From the IMG/VR virus record IMGVR_UViG_3300005201_000027: a stretch of 64,000 nt of DNA; one strand, 5' to 3'. Numbering within the stretch: the stretch's first letter is position 1; each line of letters begins with the position of its first letter. The translations under genes were made by a program, and so were the position numbers. Below the pieces are notes generated by a model that worked only from the letters and a program-made list of their open reading frames with translations, was not told the origin of the DNA and made no database searches. The DNA is from an uncultured virus (IMG/VR IMGVR_UViG_3300005201_000027) (lineage: Duplodnaviria; Heunggongvirae; Uroviricota; Caudoviricetes). Of this stretch, positions 30,179 through 40,425 are shown piece after piece.

Positions 30179-30751
30179 TTACTCTTGCTGAATAAACTCT
30201 CTAGAAAGATTCTTAGCCAAACCTCCTAAATACCCCTCATCTTCTAATCTATCCATAATTCTTGATGCACGGTTATACCCAATCCTAAACACACGTTGCA
30301 ATTTACTGGCGCTGATTACTCCGTATTCATTACCTAGTTCAATAGCTAGTTCGAATATTTCTTCATCCACAATGATACATTTGGGAACAATAGGAGAATC
30401 ATCCTCGACCCTAATGGTTGTCACGTGATTATTCTTCGAGGAGATGTCTATAATTTCTAAAGGAAAGGAAATCCAATTAAAATCACTCTCAAATTTCAAA
30501 GTTAGCGTGTCAACAGGAGAGTGTTTAGAATTATAATATGGGTTGTAGTGATTTATAAATTAAATCTCTGCTACGGTCATGTTGCTAAGAGATTCTAATT
30601 TCAAGAACTCTACTCTTTCTACATTTTCGTAGCAATCCTCTGGTAGATGCCCTCTTTCAGAGAAGTGCTGTACCAATCTTCTGTAAATGTTGGTTGTCTT
30701 ACCTACGTAAATTGCGTTATCGGAACTATCTAAAAATTTATATACGAACAT
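30179..30751 (-). pseudogene. GIY-YIG nuclease fused to FtsK gamma-like domain, interrupted by one in-frame TAA (30560-30562)
   Basis: VYKF..IYVGKT..RLVQH; after the stop the frame continues FINHYNPYYN into the ORF with ISASKLQRVFRIGYNRASRIMDRLE. Confidence 0.75.
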
Positions 30752-30799
30752 TTTAATTCTCCTTTTCTTTTCTAATTTTTCGTCAAAAGTCCCCTCTCC

Positions 30800-30846
30800 T
30801 ACTCTACATAGAGTAGGGTGATTGCACCTATACTCTACATAGAGTA
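30800..30846. repeat. Tandem palindromic sites TACTCTA-CA-TAGAGTA x2
   Basis: Identical 16-mers at 30800-30815 and 30831-30846. Confidence 0.85.
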
Positions 30847-31026
30847 GAATATGGTTAGCTAAATATCTGGGTGGGGCACGACGTATGTATATACGCTTGT
30901 TCTCACAATTTGCCGAAACATCTGCCCCGACATATCAGAGCCAATGTCTAGTTTTGAATTTCTGACATATTTAAAAGACAGTCTAATAATGTCGAATGGC
31001 GACAGACTGCCTTAATTATACTTAGT

Positions 31027-31078
31027 TGAAAAGCCGTACAGCTACCCAGAAAGGGGCAAATAGCTGTACGGCTTTTTC
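31027..31078. terminator. Strong hairpin/terminator
   Basis: AAAAGCCGTACAGCTA / TAGCTGTACGGCTTTT. Confidence 0.8.
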
Positions 31079-31334
31079 TAAATAATAGAGAGAGCGTTTC
31101 TTCAGGAATAAAATAATTGATAAACGTGTAAAAACGGTTTGGGGGGATTCTAATGATAATCTCTAAGGCAAGAGACGTGAAAAATACATAAAACGAAAAC
31201 TAAAGGAAGTTGGGAAAAACACCGTTGAAATATAATCGAATTAAAGGTGGATAGACTTAAACGTCGTCCACATTTGTTATTATAACACAATCATTAATTT
31301 TCAGTCAATATTTAGCGAATATTTTCACTAATTT

Positions 31335-32654
31335 TTAAAACGGTAGATTCAGCTCCTCTAGTTCACGCTCGATTTGATTAATGGTAGGCTCATAGATGAC
31401 ACCAATGCTTGGCTTGAATACCCCTCGGATAATCTTACCCTCACCGCCGTTACGTCCTTTACCTATCTTAATAGCAAATGCTTCACCTGCTGTATCTAAT
31501 CCGTAGACTGCACTTGAATCTTCTAAGAATGCCTTAGATTTCTTAATCTCTTTACGGCTAGGGATTGTCAATTCACGCTCTCCGTCTACTTCTTTCTCCT
31601 CACGTTCTTCTGCTTGGGTGACTGTAATCGTAACTAATTTATGAATACCTGTGATTTGCCTAATTCTTTGTGAAGTCAAAGCCATAGCTCCGCCAGTTAC
31701 TTTATCTTTATTCGGCTCTAGGGACATGAGGTAGGGTGGGTCAACAATTACCACATCAGGATTTACTTCTAAAATATCTGCTTCTAGCGCCTTACATGAA
31801 CGGTCATAGAAATTATCGTCATCGACGCCCCTTACGTTTAAATTCCCACTAATCTTTTCATTCATGCTTTTTACAAATTGAACGTAATCCCCATCAACAT
31901 CGCCTGACAACACTTTGTTAATCTCAAATCCACCTAGTTCTAAATCTTCTTTAGCCGACAAATGGGAATAAATCCTAGTCAAAACTTCAAAAGAGCTTAG
32001 TTCCAATGACCATATTAATACGGTTGCGCCTTGTTGTGCGAAATTAACAGCTTCAACAACTGTTGTAAGTAACGATTTGCCCCTACCTGAAAATCCATAG
32101 AAGCAATAAACATTGCCACTAAGATAATTAGGCAAAGAGGGGTAGGCGGACTTCCATACTTTTAACGATTCGCCAGACTTGCGTTTATCTAATTCTTCAA
32201 TATATTTGTCAACATCGCTGAATGCACTTACTCCAATATTTGAAGTAGGTTTTGTTTCTTTACGGATAATATCAAGCTGTTCCTGAAAATAATCCAAAAA
32301 CTCCGCACCAGCCATTGTTTCAAATTTATCACTGGCTTCATTAGCCATCAAATTATATAGCTTACGTTTAGCTAAGTAGCCTTTAAGATTCTTGACTAAA
32401 TATTCGTATGATTCATTGACACCAAACCTCACGTTAAATTCATCGAACGTATGCGCCACCAAGTCAGGACTAGGGCAGTTATAGCCATTTTCTTTAGCGT
32501 ACGTGCAAATGAATTGAAATACTTCTTGCTCACCTTTTGTCACAAAATCATCTGCATCAATCCTGTGCCTACCGATTGCGGTGAAATTGTTTTCCTCTAT
32601 GATTTTAGATAAAAGGGATTCGCCTAAATACAAAACGTTAGACTGTTTGCTCAT
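31335..32654 (-). CDS. DnaB-like replicative helicase
   Basis: GFSGRGKS Walker A, WSLE, VVIVD, TVTQ, KGRNG. Confidence 0.9.
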   Translation of the reverse strand: MSKQSNVLYLGESLLSKIIEENNFTAIGRHRIDADDFVTKGEQEVFQFICTYAKENGYNCPSPDLVAHTFDEFNVRFGVNESYEYLVKNLKGYLAKRKLYNLMANEASDKFETMAGAEFLDYFQEQLDIIRKETKPTSNIGVSAFSDVDKYIEELDKRKSGESLKVWKSAYPSLPNYLSGNVYCFYGFSGRGKSLLTTVVEAVNFAQQGATVLIWSLELSSFEVLTRIYSHLSAKEDLELGGFEINKVLSGDVDGDYVQFVKSMNEKISGNLNVRGVDDDNFYDRSCKALEADILEVNPDVVIVDPPYLMSLEPNKDKVTGGAMALTSQRIRQITGIHKLVTITVTQAEEREEKEVDGERELTIPSRKEIKKSKAFLEDSSAVYGLDTAGEAFAIKIGKGRNGGEGKIIRGVFKPSIGVIYEPTINQIERELEELNLPF

Positions 32655-33181
32655 ATCGTCACCTCCTTATGCTTCCATCTCTCGCCCCTTACAATTCTCG
32701 AGATTTGTTGGTGGCACACCCCGTAAATATCGGCAATCTCTCTGTTAAGCATTCCTTGCTTCTTAAGTTCCCTAATCTCTCTTACTTTAGTTTCGTTTAA
32801 TTTTACCTTATGTCGTAACCCAGTAGCGCTTGCATGGTACATATTATCTGAACGTGTAGACCACTCTAAGTTCCCCACACAATTATTCCCCTTATCCCCG
32901 TCTTTGTGGTTGACTTCGGGTAATTTCTTTGGGTTCGGGATAAATGCTTTAGCGACCTCAATGTGGATTTTAGATGTTTTACTAACACCGTCAACCTGTA
33001 AAACGACAGGAATATATCCATAAGCATCTGGTTTAATTCGTCTCACCCTTTCCTTTCTCAAATACTCAAAATCTCTGACTTTAACAATTCTCGCTAGGCT
33101 TTTAAATCGCCCTAAATTACTAACTTCATAGACGCCCTCGTACCCGACCACATTTTTCCAAATCTCCTTATTATTACTCAC
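32651..33181 (-). CDS. Free-standing NUMOD4-HNH homing endonuclease
   Basis: EIWKNVVGYEGVYEVSNLG, VNHKDGDKGNNCVGNLEW; probable GTG start after GGAGG. Confidence 0.9.
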   Translation of the reverse strand: MSNNKEIWKNVVGYEGVYEVSNLGRFKSLARIVKVRDFEYLRKERVRRIKPDAYGYIPVVLQVDGVSKTSKIHIEVAKAFIPNPKKLPEVNHKDGDKGNNCVGNLEWSTRSDNMYHASATGLRHKVKLNETKVREIRELKKQGMLNREIADIYGVCHQQISRIVRGERWKHKEVTI

Positions 33182-33308
33182 ACCAGACACCTCCACAATC
33201 AGGATAGTCGTAACATAACCAACTGCCTATATAGCTAACGCTTACTTTCATCCTCTTGTGACAACAAAAAAGTCTTTTAAAGAATTGTCTAATTTTATAT
33301 TTATACAT
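33174..33308 (-). CDS. Small Cys-rich hypothetical protein (44 aa)
   Basis: MYKYKIRQFFKRLFCCHK...CYDYPDCG; fills the gap and overlaps both neighbours. Confidence 0.5.
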   Translation of the reverse strand: MYKYKIRQFFKRLFCCHKRMKVSVSYIGSWLCYDYPDCGGVWCE

Positions 33309-33993
33309 TCCACTCACCTCTATTTGAACCTTTCCCATCAAAATTAATTACAATCGTTTTGTCACGAACCCTATCATAAAGCCTTGCATCATACGTTGAA
33401 ATCAACCTCTCAATAGAGTGGTTTGACGTGTAGATGCAAGGCTTTTTTTCTACGTTTCGATAATTAATCAATCCGTGTAAATCTCCTCTAAATCCATCGG
33501 TGCTACTTCTTACTCCTATATCGTCAAACAGAACCATTTCGGCTACTTCTGCTTTCTTCAAACGTCTGTAATATTCGTCACTAGCATTGTTGGCGGAGGT
33601 TTGGTCAACGTTGGAACGATTGAATTGGTTGTAGAGTGTCTGCAATTCATTTACGTCTAAGAAGTAAATAGGGACTTGGTTGGGACTAATCCCTTTCTTG
33701 TAGCTTGACACTACATGATAGATTAAGTATTCATTCAGCAAGCTACACGCAGTCGTTGTCTTACCAGTACCTGTCGTAGTAGAATGCAGGTAAACATTTT
33801 TGATTGATTTTGAATCTATCGGGTAGTGCTCAATGATTTCTTCAAAGACGGTGCGCTTAGTTTCTAAGTCACTTACAAGCACATTACGGTAGTTCTTGGG
33901 TATATTTGAGTTAGCCGAATATGATTCAACGATTACACACAACGCTCTCTCGATACATTCATGATTAGCTTTCTTGCAAATTAGGCAGTTCAT
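33301..33993 (-). CDS. DnaC/DnaI-like helicase loader ATPase
   Basis: TTGTGKT, LFDDIG, IYTSN, RLYDRV. Confidence 0.9.
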   Translation of the reverse strand: MNCLICKKANHECIERALCVIVESYSANSNIPKNYRNVLVSDLETKRTVFEEIIEHYPIDSKSIKNVYLHSTTTGTGKTTTACSLLNEYLIYHVVSSYKKGISPNQVPIYFLDVNELQTLYNQFNRSNVDQTSANNASDEYYRRLKKAEVAEMVLFDDIGVRSSTDGFRGDLHGLINYRNVEKKPCIYTSNHSIERLISTYDARLYDRVRDKTIVINFDGKGSNRGEWNV

Positions 33994-34026
33994 AATAACC
34001 TCCTAGGTTTAATTTTTCCTTATATA

Positions 34027-34144
34027 ATATAAACACGTTCCAGTAGCAGTTTTGGCAGTCAGTTTTGACTAAAATTATATAAAACGTTTTCATTATTTTC
34101 TGCTAAAATCCACTGCCGAAACCGTAGCTTTTTTGTGTTTATAT
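34027..34144. promoter_or_regulatory. Back-to-back pair of putative phage-specific promoters
   Basis: ACTGCCRAAA-N13-GTGTTTATAT on each strand facing the divergent replication operons. Confidence 0.65.
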
Positions 34145-34188
34145 AATGTAACAGTAAATTTAATTTCAATTTTAGGAGGAAATCATAG

Positions 34189-34905
34189 ATGCAAAAAGGA
34201 TTCACGTTAGAAACAGAGGGTAGCAATAATTTTTACAAAGCAGAAGAGGGGAAAGGGTTTGTGGTAGGACTTATCGCCAATGATGTTGTGACTAAAAATA
34301 CCGTATCCGTATCAGATTGGTCGACTGTCCCGACTACTTCGGTATTCGCACCGTTAGTAACCACGCCTGAATATTACAACAAGAGTCTATTAAATAAAGC
34401 ACGAGGGTTAGCATGGGATGCTTATAATGAAGCCGTCACAAAGTACGGTAAAGGGGATGTATCTGAAAAGTATCGTAGGTTAGCGAATGAGTTGAAACTA
34501 AAGGCTACCATCTACTTTGGCATCACTGACTTAGAAACAGGTGAGCAAAAGGTCATTTCACAATCCCTTAAAGCTAAAGGCGATACGCATGATAAGGGTG
34601 GAAATATCCTTTATAACGCAATCATGGAATTACAGGATGAGCTTGAAGATTACCCGATTAAGATTACCAATGGGGGCAAGGGTGCTTGGAATGCTAGACC
34701 AGTGTTGAAACCAACCCCTGAACAACGTGAAGCATTCGCCAATCGTAAAGAAGTGGATTTAGAGGTTTATGCAAGCTGTATGACTGAATTGACAGAAGAA
34801 TTAGAAAAAGAAGTTCTTGGGAGAGTGGCGTTACATTATGGATTAGATTTTAGCTCCATTGGTGTTGTGACTGCTGAACCTAAAGAAGCTGACTTACCGT
34901 TTTAA
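34189..34905 (+). CDS. Probable single-stranded DNA-binding protein
   Basis: C-terminal EADLPF tail; first gene of replication operon. Confidence 0.6.
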   Translation: MQKGFTLETEGSNNFYKAEEGKGFVVGLIANDVVTKNTVSVSDWSTVPTTSVFAPLVTTPEYYNKSLLNKARGLAWDAYNEAVTKYGKGDVSEKYRRLANELKLKATIYFGITDLETGEQKVISQSLKAKGDTHDKGGNILYNAIMELQDELEDYPIKITNGGKGAWNARPVLKPTPEQREAFANRKEVDLEVYASCMTELTEELEKEVLGRVALHYGLDFSSIGVVTAEPKEADLPF

Positions 34906-34907
34906 AT

Positions 34908-35973
34908 ATGGAAGTAGTTAAGCGGAACCACCTCAATTCAGATATTTCCCCTGAACTGTTTCTAGGAATCGAAGATGCAATCTTTCGTATCAAGCGTGAT
35001 TATGAGGCTGGGGGGGGGGCAGGTTTATCTATCATTTAGTGGCGGAAAAGATTCAACAGTCTTAGCCGAACTCATTAAGTGGGCAGATTTACCTACCCAT
35101 ATCCCTTTCGTATTTGCTAACACTGGCATCGAGTTTGATGCAACCAAAAGATTTGTAGATGAATACGATTGGGACAATAAGGTTATCGTCAAGCCTAGGA
35201 AGCCGTTCGGTCAAATTTTGAAAGAGTATGGCAAGCCAACTATTTCAAAAGTACGTAGTGAGCATTTATCCACTTATCAAAACAACATCAATGCTCCTTT
35301 TTCTACTGCTAGGACTAGGCAAATGATTACAGGTGAAGCCGAACGTGGTGGTGTGAAAGAGGGCTTTCGCAGTAGGTTTGCACTTGCACAAAAACACTTC
35401 CACTTACTTCACCCAGACTTAGATTACAAGGTGGCTAATAAATGTTGCACATATATGAAGAAATTACCATTCGCTGACTACTCTAAAGAGAATAACATGA
35501 ATGGAACGTTTGTTGGAGTCCGTACTGCGGAGGGTGGGATTAGGCAACAGGCATACAAAACGTGTGTCATGGTTAAGAAGAAATCAGGTGGGCGCACCGA
35601 GATATTTTCGATGCCTATTATCGACTGGACAGACGAAATGGTGAATGAATTTATCGAACACTTTGACGTGAAAATTTCTGATGCGTATACCGTCTACGGA
35701 TTACAGCGAACAGGTTGCATAGGATGTCCATTTAACAAAGATGTGGGTCAAGACTTGACCGCACTAAAGTCCTACGAACCTCAGAAGTACAAAGCTGTCA
35801 TGCACTGGTTTAAAGACGTGTACGCAGATTTAGGGGTAATCGTTCCAGACGATGTTGAATACATGACTTACTTTGAAGAGCGCAACAAATTAAATGAAAC
35901 TAGACGTAAAGAAATGTGGGAGAAATTCAAACCAGAATTTAACCCCGCAATTAGAAAAAGAGATTTAGAATAA
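34908..35973 (+). CDS. PAPS-reductase-family protein, frameshifted at G10 tract (35010-35019)
   Basis: SFSGGKDS, NTGIEF, CC..MKK, RTGCIGCP; a natural-looking N-terminus (..IFRIKRDYEAGGG) from ATG 34908 is one base out of frame. Confidence 0.85.
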
Positions 35974-35990
35974 TCTCACAGGAGGATTAA

Positions 35991-36544
35991 ATGACCGTAT
36001 TTGAAGAGATTTTAGAAGATGCTGAACACAGCATTAAACTAGCAAATGTATCCCTAGCGTATAAAACATTGTGTGAATTTCATAGGGATACGGAAATGAG
36101 TGAAGAATTTGAAGAAGTGTTAGATAAATTATTCCAACAGTTTGAAAAATTCTTAGGAGAATACATTGTTGAACAGGTGCAACATGAAGTTTGGGATAAC
36201 GATGCGGAATAACGGATTATGGCTGCGAGGTGCTATCTACCTTGTGGTCATTATCTTGTTTCTATTATTTATTAATTCAAGGATTGATGCAAACGTGAGT
36301 GCAACTGGATTATCCCTAGTGTGGGAAAATCGCTTGATTGAAATGGAGTTGAGCAAAGATTATGCGTAGACATATTTTAACTAAAGAGTTTGAAGCATTC
36401 GATAGAATCAAAGAATTGGTCATCAAGAATGTGTTAGTACATTATCCAGACGGTTATGCTAAAGTCGTGTATAACGATTTAATTAACTTGGAAGCATTCT
36501 TAATTGATGCTGAACGAGCTATTGATGAAAGGGATTGGGGGTAA
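35991..36544 (+). CDS. Three small coupled hypothetical proteins
   Basis: ORFs 35991-36212, ~36202-36369 (hydrophobic), 36362-36544 with overlapping starts/stops. Confidence 0.55.
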
Positions 36545-36551
36545 GGAATAG

Positions 36552-37820
36552 ATGAAAGTAATTAACCACGCAGTAGAAGAATGGCGAGAAGTTGTCGGGT
36601 ATGAGGGTTTATATGAGGTTAGTTCTCACGGTAAGGTTAGAAGTCTGGACAGAAACCCTGAAAAGGGGCGGTCACATAAAGGTAGGATGCTAAGCCAATA
36701 CGAAGACAGATATTTACGTGTAGGGTTATCAAGAAAAGGAATTCAGAGGAACGTTTGGGTTCACCAGTTAGTGGCACAAGCGTTTGTTCCTAATCCTGAA
36801 AATAAGCCACAAGTAAATCACAAAGACCGTAACCGAAGAAATAACTGTGTAGATAATCTAGAGTGGGTTACACCAGAGGAAAACACAATTCACCTAATGA
36901 ATAATTTAGCCGAAGATGAGGGGGATTGGTTATTCAAAGAGGGTGAAGTTGCTAGAAATACTGGTGACAATTTTATTAAAGGAATGAAACCAGTCGTCCA
37001 GCTATCTTTAGACGGAAAGTTCCTCAAATGCTTCTCGTCAATTAAAAAAGCATTTGAGGAACTAGGGAATCCCAGTTGTGGGGCAATCGGAGCTGTTTGC
37101 AAGGGCGACCGACTAAGTGCCTATGGGTACAAGTGGCAATACGTTGATGATTACTTTGGATACACTAATTTTCAAAATATCGAATTTTTACATCCAGAAG
37201 TAAAAGTAGTGGCGATGTCACAAGGAGTAAATGGTGAGACCGTAGGAGAAATAATTGAATACGGAGCTAGAAATTGCTATAAATCGCATGACCGCACTGC
37301 TGATGGTTCTGACCAATTAATTTTTGACCGTATCGTAAAATCCCACGGACATAAATCTGTGGCAGAGCACGCTTCTATCACATTCTTTATTCGCACTTCT
37401 CGTGATATTCAAAACCAAATAGTGAGACATCGTATGGCATCTTATTCCGTGGAATCGCAGAGATACGTAAATATGTCAAAAGATAAATTCGGGGGGCGTG
37501 TTGGCTTTATCCGTCCTTTATCAATTAAAGATAATACTCCTGAAAACGAGTTATTTAAACTGGCTCTGCTTAATTCAGAGTTAAGCTATATGTCCTTGCT
37601 AGAGCTTGGGTGTAAACCAGAAGTTGCTAGAAGTGTGTTACCAAATGCTACTAAAGTGGATATGGTAATGACGATTAACGTATCTAGTCTCCGTAACTTT
37701 TTACACTTGCGACTAGATTCTCATGCACAGGCTGAAATTAGACATGTTGCTGAATTGATGGTTAAATCGTTGGATGAAGTAGGGTTCCCAAAATATTTGA
37801 TAAGTGATGTGATTAAATGA
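36552..37820 (+). CDS. thyX: NUMOD4-HNH-NUMOD1 endonuclease fused in-frame to flavin-dependent thymidylate synthase
   Basis: N-half [29 protein letters not shown]-half [36 protein letters not shown]. Confidence 0.88.
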   Translation: MKVINHAVEEWREVVGYEGLYEVSSHGKVRSLDRNPEKGRSHKGRMLSQYEDRYLRVGLSRKGIQRNVWVHQLVAQAFVPNPENKPQVNHKDRNRRNNCVDNLEWVTPEENTIHLMNNLAEDEGDWLFKEGEVARNTGDNFIKGMKPVVQLSLDGKFLKCFSSIKKAFEELGNPSCGAIGAVCKGDRLSAYGYKWQYVDDYFGYTNFQNIEFLHPEVKVVAMSQGVNGETVGEIIEYGARNCYKSHDRTADGSDQLIFDRIVKSHGHKSVAEHASITFFIRTSRDIQNQIVRHRMASYSVESQRYVNMSKDKFGGRVGFIRPLSIKDNTPENELFKLALLNSELSYMSLLELGCKPEVARSVLPNATKVDMVMTINVSSLRNFLHLRLDSHAQAEIRHVAELMVKSLDEVGFPKYLISDVIK

Positions 37821-38394
37821 AAACTATAACAGCAAAGTACGTTAACGAGATTATGGACATAAGCGCTAAAAATTGTATAGAAGACTTTGAGGGAGCAATT
37901 TGTAGACACGCACGTAAGGGTAAATCTAGTTTCAAAACTAGACAAGGTTATCCAAAGCATTTCGCCGAACAAGTGAAATGCCATTTTAAAAATCATGGGT
38001 TCAAGGTTAGAGTACGGTTTGCAGGCATTGGGAAAAGAAATTTAATCATTAAATGGTAAACAAATAAGTAATCAAGTGAGCTTACGACAATAATTTTACT
38101 TGGTTGCTTATCTATGTTTCTAAGGAGGATTTCAAATATTGGAGGTGAACGTTTATGCACCCATTTACTGCAAAACACGCTAATCAAATAATGGAAGAAA
38201 GATTAGATGAACAGTTGGTAGAGCTAGAATCAATCCTGCGCCGAGAGGCTTGTCAAGGTAAAAACTATTGGAGAACAGGGAATTATGAAAAGGACACAGC
38301 GATGAAGTTGAAATCACGTTTAGAAAATCGTGGTTTTAAAGTTAAGTCTAGGCTCTATGACCTTGGTACTAGGGAATTGGTAATTAAATGGTAA
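37817..38394 (+). CDS. Two paralogous ~80-aa hypothetical proteins (37817-38059, 38155-38394)
   Basis: Shared TAK..N.IM, A.KGK, GFKV, L.IKW pattern. Confidence 0.7.
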
Positions 38395-39386
38395 AGATAA
38401 AAATAGCCCAACAATATATCCACGTTGATATCACTAGCGAACTTGAACCTTACTTCACCTCACCCTTATGCAAGTGGAGCGATTCCAAACTCATAGCACC
38501 ATCACCGTTCAGAGAAGACCGCAATCCTAGCTTCTTTGTCAATTTAGATGGAGAGTTTGCAGGAACGTGGGCAGATAGTGGTGGACTAGATGAATACCGC
38601 AGTGGAAATCTTCCTAAGCTATTGGCTTATCTCATGGATACTTCATACGATGAAGCAGTAGAATACTTGCTTAATAAGTATGCGTCTAATCGTGGTGCAG
38701 AGCTTTCTATTAGAGGCTGTTTATGTTATTTCAGAGAAGATGTTGAAGATAAATTCTTTTCAATGAATTGGGAAGCACATTTAGATGAAATGGATTACGC
38801 AATAGAGCGTCTATATAAGCGTGGGATAAAGCCATCGCCCATTGTTAAAGCCAATGTTAGGCAAGATGATTACACTATCTATTATCCGTATTACGATAAC
38901 GATAAAATAGTAGCGGTCAAGATGCGTGCTATTACTTCTAAAAAATTCAATGTAGATAAAGCTGATGGGGTCAAGTTATCTGACCACGTATTTAATCTAA
39001 ATAATTATAAACCAATTAGATACTACATTTGGATTACAGAGGGTGAGGCAGATGCTTTAACAATTCCAAGTAACAGTCGTTACTTAGGAGTAGCAACAGG
39101 TAATGCTAACATCACGCAAGCACAAGTAGATAAAATCCTACGCACAGGTTGTCAACATATCGTATTAGCAATGGATAACGACAAAGCAGGTCAATCCTTT
39201 AAGCGTAAAGCGTTTAGATTATTCCGTGGGCTAGTTACTTTGTATGATATTGATTTAAAAGATTGCAAAGATTTAAACGATTATTGGTGTAAGTACCATA
39301 AATTACCAGAACCTAAACCTATAAATGAGCTTAAAATGTTGGCTGAATTTAAGATGAAACCGACCAACATTTCAGTAGATGAGTAA
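38388..39386 (+). CDS. DNA primase (TOPRIM)
   Basis: SPFREDRNPSF, ITEGEADAL, AMDNDKAG, KDLND. Confidence 0.9.
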   Translation: MVKIKIAQQYIHVDITSELEPYFTSPLCKWSDSKLIAPSPFREDRNPSFFVNLDGEFAGTWADSGGLDEYRSGNLPKLLAYLMDTSYDEAVEYLLNKYASNRGAELSIRGCLCYFREDVEDKFFSMNWEAHLDEMDYAIERLYKRGIKPSPIVKANVRQDDYTIYYPYYDNDKIVAVKMRAITSKKFNVDKADGVKLSDHVFNLNNYKPIRYYIWITEGEADALTIPSNSRYLGVATGNANITQAQVDKILRTGCQHIVLAMDNDKAGQSFKRKAFRLFRGLVTLYDIDLKDCKDLNDYWCKYHKLPEPKPINELKMLAEFKMKPTNISVDE

Positions 39387-39673
39387 GATTACACATTTGC
39401 GAATACGCTGGTATTACAATATTTCGAGTAACATCCTATTAGGAACACTTTACAATTGTTGGTTAGCCAACATGGTTTGTGTGAAAGTCCTATAAATAAG
39501 ATGTGATGATGTATAAATTGCCAAAACCGTTGATTTGAGGGATTTGCTAAACCTCTTAATATCAACGGTTTTAACGTTTTGCTAATCTTATTCCAAACTA
39601 TTCCAGTAGACTTTTTGGGGATAAGCCTTTATAATCCTGAAAGCAAATTAGAGCGAAAGGGTGGTAATATACC

Positions 39674-40204
39674 ATGCAAGAAACAACCTACAAACATGAT
39701 TTACAAGAAAAGGCTTATTACGTGGTCAAGGATTTGATGCCATACATTAAGTACAAGTACGATAATTATAATTCGGAAGATATGGAAAGTGGTCTTATCT
39801 TTGAATCAATCCGTGTGGTTGAGGATTATTTAAAAGGGGATTATCCCAACTATGATTTTGAAAAATTCTGTCGTCTACGATTATTGCAACGCTCTATGCG
39901 AATAGCTAAGGAATTAGGAACACATCAACCAGTAGAAGATGATTACCTAGAACCAAAAGAAACTAAAGTGTCAGAACAATGGGGCTACTCTGTTAATCCG
40001 ACTGAAATGAGCGCTATTGTTAGAATTGACGTTGATAATTACTTGAATAAGTTGAATGACCGTGATAGAGAAATCTACTTATCGGTAGAAGCAGGCAAGT
40101 CTAAACGAGATATAGCGAAACAATTCAGTATCGCTAAAGAAAATATTGACAAGGTTTACTTCCCAATTGCAGGTAAAGTAGACCAAATAATTTACGGAGG
40201 TTAA
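39674..40204 (+). CDS. Sigma-70/ECF-like phage transcription factor
   Basis: Region 2-like EDMESG and region 4-like LNKLNDRDREIY...KRDIAKQF. Confidence 0.65.
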   Translation: MQETTYKHDLQEKAYYVVKDLMPYIKYKYDNYNSEDMESGLIFESIRVVEDYLKGDYPNYDFEKFCRLRLLQRSMRIAKELGTHQPVEDDYLEPKETKVSEQWGYSVNPTEMSAIVRIDVDNYLNKLNDRDREIYLSVEAGKSKRDIAKQFSIAKENIDKVYFPIAGKVDQIIYGG

Positions 40205-40425
40205 ATAATGGGTTGGGAAATTCTTGAAATACCTTATTGCGATGTTTGTGGATGCTGTTGCGGAGATGAGTGAGGTAGTGAGTATGAAGAAGTAGATAGC
40301 GATATTTACTGCCCCGATTGTTACCAGAAATATCAAGATGAATTGGAAAGGGAGAATGATGAATAATGCCAGTTGAATTTGAAGAATTGAAAACAAAGAT
40401 TATAATATCAGAAAGGAAGGATAGC

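Noticed and set aside
36552..37200. Intein or intron in thyX
   Set aside because: No Cys/Ser start or His-Asn end, and no P7-type motifs like those in the two real introns
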